Shown here one piece after another: positions 61,356-64,000 of a DNA stretch of 64,000 nucleotides (the stretch's first letter is position 1; the number at the start of each line of letters is the position of its first letter). The position numbers and the translations under genes were made by a program. Below the pieces are notes generated by a model, which saw only the letters and a list, made by a program, of their open reading frames with translations, was not told where the DNA came from and made no database searches. This DNA comes from Perkinsus chesapeaki ATCC PRA-425 (lineage: Eukaryota > Protista > Perkinsozoa), in NCBI GenBank assembly GCA_013115145.1, contig JAAPAO010000102.1:12670-76669 (forward strand), given 5' to 3'.

Positions 61356-62706
61356 GCTTGTGAACAGTCAGGCGAACTGCTCCCGGTAGTATTTATGATA
61401 AAAGATTTATCTCGAGTAGATAAATAATTTATGGAGGCGATATAAATATCTGGTAAGGAAGTCCCTAAGACTATATAGGCGCCAATACGACTACTAGCTC
61501 GAGTACACTTCGAATGCCATGACTCGTGAACAGAGAATTCTCAATTCTGATACCGTTCTCGGCAGAGTCAATACATTGAAATGGTATCAATGCTGCCCGT
61601 CAAAGTAAAAGTGTACACAAGTGCCATCTAGAGACAGACTGTCACACATAACACTTGTCCCATATCATTTTTTATATATTAATACTTAATTCAACGATAA
61701 TACTCTAATGTAGAGACGATAAAACAGGTGATTGTTGGCTGGGCCTCTTTGCACCCTTTAAGCATGGAGTCTGAAGGGACCTGCGAAATATCTTCTGAAG
61801 CAGGCCTTTGAAGCCAGCTTTGTTGCCCTAGCTGAATGGAAGTGTTTCCGTTGGACTTAATATCGGACTACACACTCTAAGACCTCTCTTTATCGTAATT
61901 AACAAAAATCCTCTCCGGAGGTTGTGAAAGATACGCCAATAAAAGTTGTAGAAGTTGTCTGCCAAGTTCACTCGGAATGACTCCAGGGTTGTGTAGTATA
62001 TCTTTCGGGTGCTGTGAGTAGGGCGAGCGAGTCGGACCTCTGCTCACCGCAGGTCTATATTGGTGTAGTTCTTGTTAAATGTTCTAATACTCATTAGCTT
62101 GGCATCTCCTACTTACCCTCCCTGGTGAAGCCTCTCCCCACAAGCTAGTATAGTGGTTCAAGTACTGATGCTATCTGATGACTGCTGAAGATCGCCCTAC
62201 TGGCCAACCACCACGTTTATACTTTATTATTATGGATACTTAGAATTTATAGAAATGCTAGAGGAAGTATCTGAAAGATACGCCAATTTAAAGATGATAT
62301 TCCGACAGGAAGCTCAACTTCACAGCAGCACGAAAAAGTGACACCAGTCCCGTACGTATAGATGTTTTACTCAGTCAGCACTCTAGAGTCACTTTCGTTG
62401 ATTTTCGGCAATCATTGAGTGTCCATACAACGCAATTAAAATAAAGGGCGTGCGCGGAACAAAACGCGCTGACAAACCGCACGCAAGCGCAATCATGCTT
62501 GCGTTCACTCACCCGCCGGCATATCTGAGGTTGAAGCATTCCTCCCTGTTCTTCGTATAGGGCATATTTACCAGTATAAACCTTTATTTGCCGCAGGCAT
62601 TTCCTTGGGCTAGGCTATAGGTCTTAAGGAGCGTTAGGGAAATGCGGGCGTGGTTCATCTCCGGACGCAGTCACCTTACTTTCCAGCTATCTCTCTAATT
62701 TTTCCC

Positions 62707-63642
62707 ATGGCGTCCAACAAGCAATCCGCGGACTCCTTTGTGAACAAGTATCCCATCTTGGTTGACTGGGCTGCTGGAGGAACTGCTGCTGGTATTTCTA
62801 AGACCCTCGTCGCCCCCATTGAGCGCGTAAAGATGCTCCTCCAAACCCAGGACTCCAATCCTGATATCCAATCTGGCAAGGTCGCTCGCTACACTGGTAT
62901 CGTCAACTGTTTCAGCCGTGTAGCCAGCGAGCAAGGTTTCTGGACTCTATGGCGTGGTAACATGGCTAATGTTATCCGTTACTTCCCCACACAAGCCTTC
63001 AACTTCGCCTTTAAGGACACCTTCAAGCGGATGTTCCCCAAGTACGACCCCAAGACCGAATTCTGGCACTTCTTCGCCACTAATCTTGCGTCGGGTGGTA
63101 TGGCTGGTGCCGCTTCTCTGTGTATTGTCTACCCGCTCGATTTCGCAAGAACTCGTTTGGCCGCCGATGTTGGTAAGGGTGCCGATAGGGAGTTCACTGG
63201 CCTTTGGAACTGCTTGTCCAAGACTGCTAGTCGTACAGGCTATGGTTCGTTGTATCAAGGCTTTGGTGTCTCCGTACAAGGTATCATCGTCTATCGTGGT
63301 GCTTACTTCGGTCTCTACGACTCGGTGAAGAGCGTCATTTTTGCGGACGAAAAGAATGCCAATATCGTCTTGAAGTTTTTGGTTGCCCAGTGCGTGACCG
63401 CAGCTTCCGGCGTTATCTCCTATCCCTTCGATACCGTCCGTAGACGAATGATGATGATGGCTGGCCGTAAGGGCGGTGATGCTGTGCAGTACACCGGTAC
63501 CATGGACTGCTGGAAAAAGGTATATCAACAGGAAGGTGTCGGTGGCTTCTTCAAAGGCGCCTTCTCGAATGTACTTCGTGGTGCTGGTGCTGCTCTAGTA
63601 CTCGTTCTTTACGACGAAGTCAAGAAGGTTATCTATGGCTAG
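62707..63642 (+). CDS. ANT: Mitochondrial ADP/ATP carrier (adenine nucleotide translocase), intronless
   Basis: [47 protein letters not shown], signature RRRMMM. Confidence 0.98.
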   Translation: MASNKQSADSFVNKYPILVDWAAGGTAAGISKTLVAPIERVKMLLQTQDSNPDIQSGKVARYTGIVNCFSRVASEQGFWTLWRGNMANVIRYFPTQAFNFAFKDTFKRMFPKYDPKTEFWHFFATNLASGGMAGAASLCIVYPLDFARTRLAADVGKGADREFTGLWNCLSKTASRTGYGSLYQGFGVSVQGIIVYRGAYFGLYDSVKSVIFADEKNANIVLKFLVAQCVTAASGVISYPFDTVRRRMMMMAGRKGGDAVQYTGTMDCWKKVYQQEGVGGFFKGAFSNVLRGAGAALVLVLYDEVKKVIYG

Positions 63643-64000
63643 ACCATTGTACGTTTTCCGAGTGCCATCGATTTTTCATCGCGGGCATTCAAGCCTTAAA
63701 GCTTCTCTTCTTTTTTTGAAGATATGGTTGAAGCAATATTTGTAAGTGGTATGAAAAGGAATGGTATAATGTGTCAGCATTTCCCCGATAGCGTCGCTTG
63801 CGTTCCAGTTCCCTCCCCGATCCACTTTATCGTATCCCATCGAAAGCATCAAAATTTACAAATACCAACACAAGTCCTCACGGAACACTCAATTCCCTAA
63901 GGAATATAGGGGACTGCGCTTTTTGAATGCGAGGTCAATCGGAGAGTACTCGGGGCACGTGTGATCCGGGTGATCAAGGATTGGCCGGTCAAAATCATGA

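Noticed and set aside
62676-63528. Long antisense ORFs over the ADP/ATP carrier, and many other short ORFs in the track
   Set aside because: Shadow ORFs caused by codon bias, or intron read-through of real exons.

Overview
Gene-dense eukaryotic (alveolate) nuclear DNA with many short (about 45-120 nt) GT-AG introns, so the six-frame ORF track shows only exon fragments. Gene content (ion-channel-type adenylyl cyclase alpha, RAP/helical-repeat protein, CRT-like transporter, HIR-type SPFH protein, a small secreted protein with a P-x-G-x-Y start) and intron style point to Perkinsus or a relative; this is inference, not a database result. Recognisable genes: bacterial-type Lgt, CRAL-TRIO, OTU deubiquitinase, adenylyl cyclase, CRT-like, GCN5, SPFH, RPS25, RAP-like, ARGLU1-like, Kv channel with EF-hands, two tandem monoacylglycerol-lipase-like paralogs, FkbM methyltransferase, ankyrin protein, cyclic-nucleotide-gated-type channel and ADP/ATP carrier. 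Five intact tRNA genes are present. The most striking pattern is that 13 introns or probable introns contain intact tRNA genes (3) or decayed tRNA relics (10) of apparently different isotypes. They occur in two stereotyped layouts: sense, with the tRNA 3' end and oligo-T terminator forming the polypyrimidine tract and 3' splice site; or antisense, with the tRNA 3' end at or next to the 5' splice site. Also present: a 1.1-kb TIR element with a 9-bp target duplication, and a 320-bp direct repeat beginning exactly at a tRNA-Arg(CCG) 3' end. Gene boundaries were spliced by eye and many are approximate.
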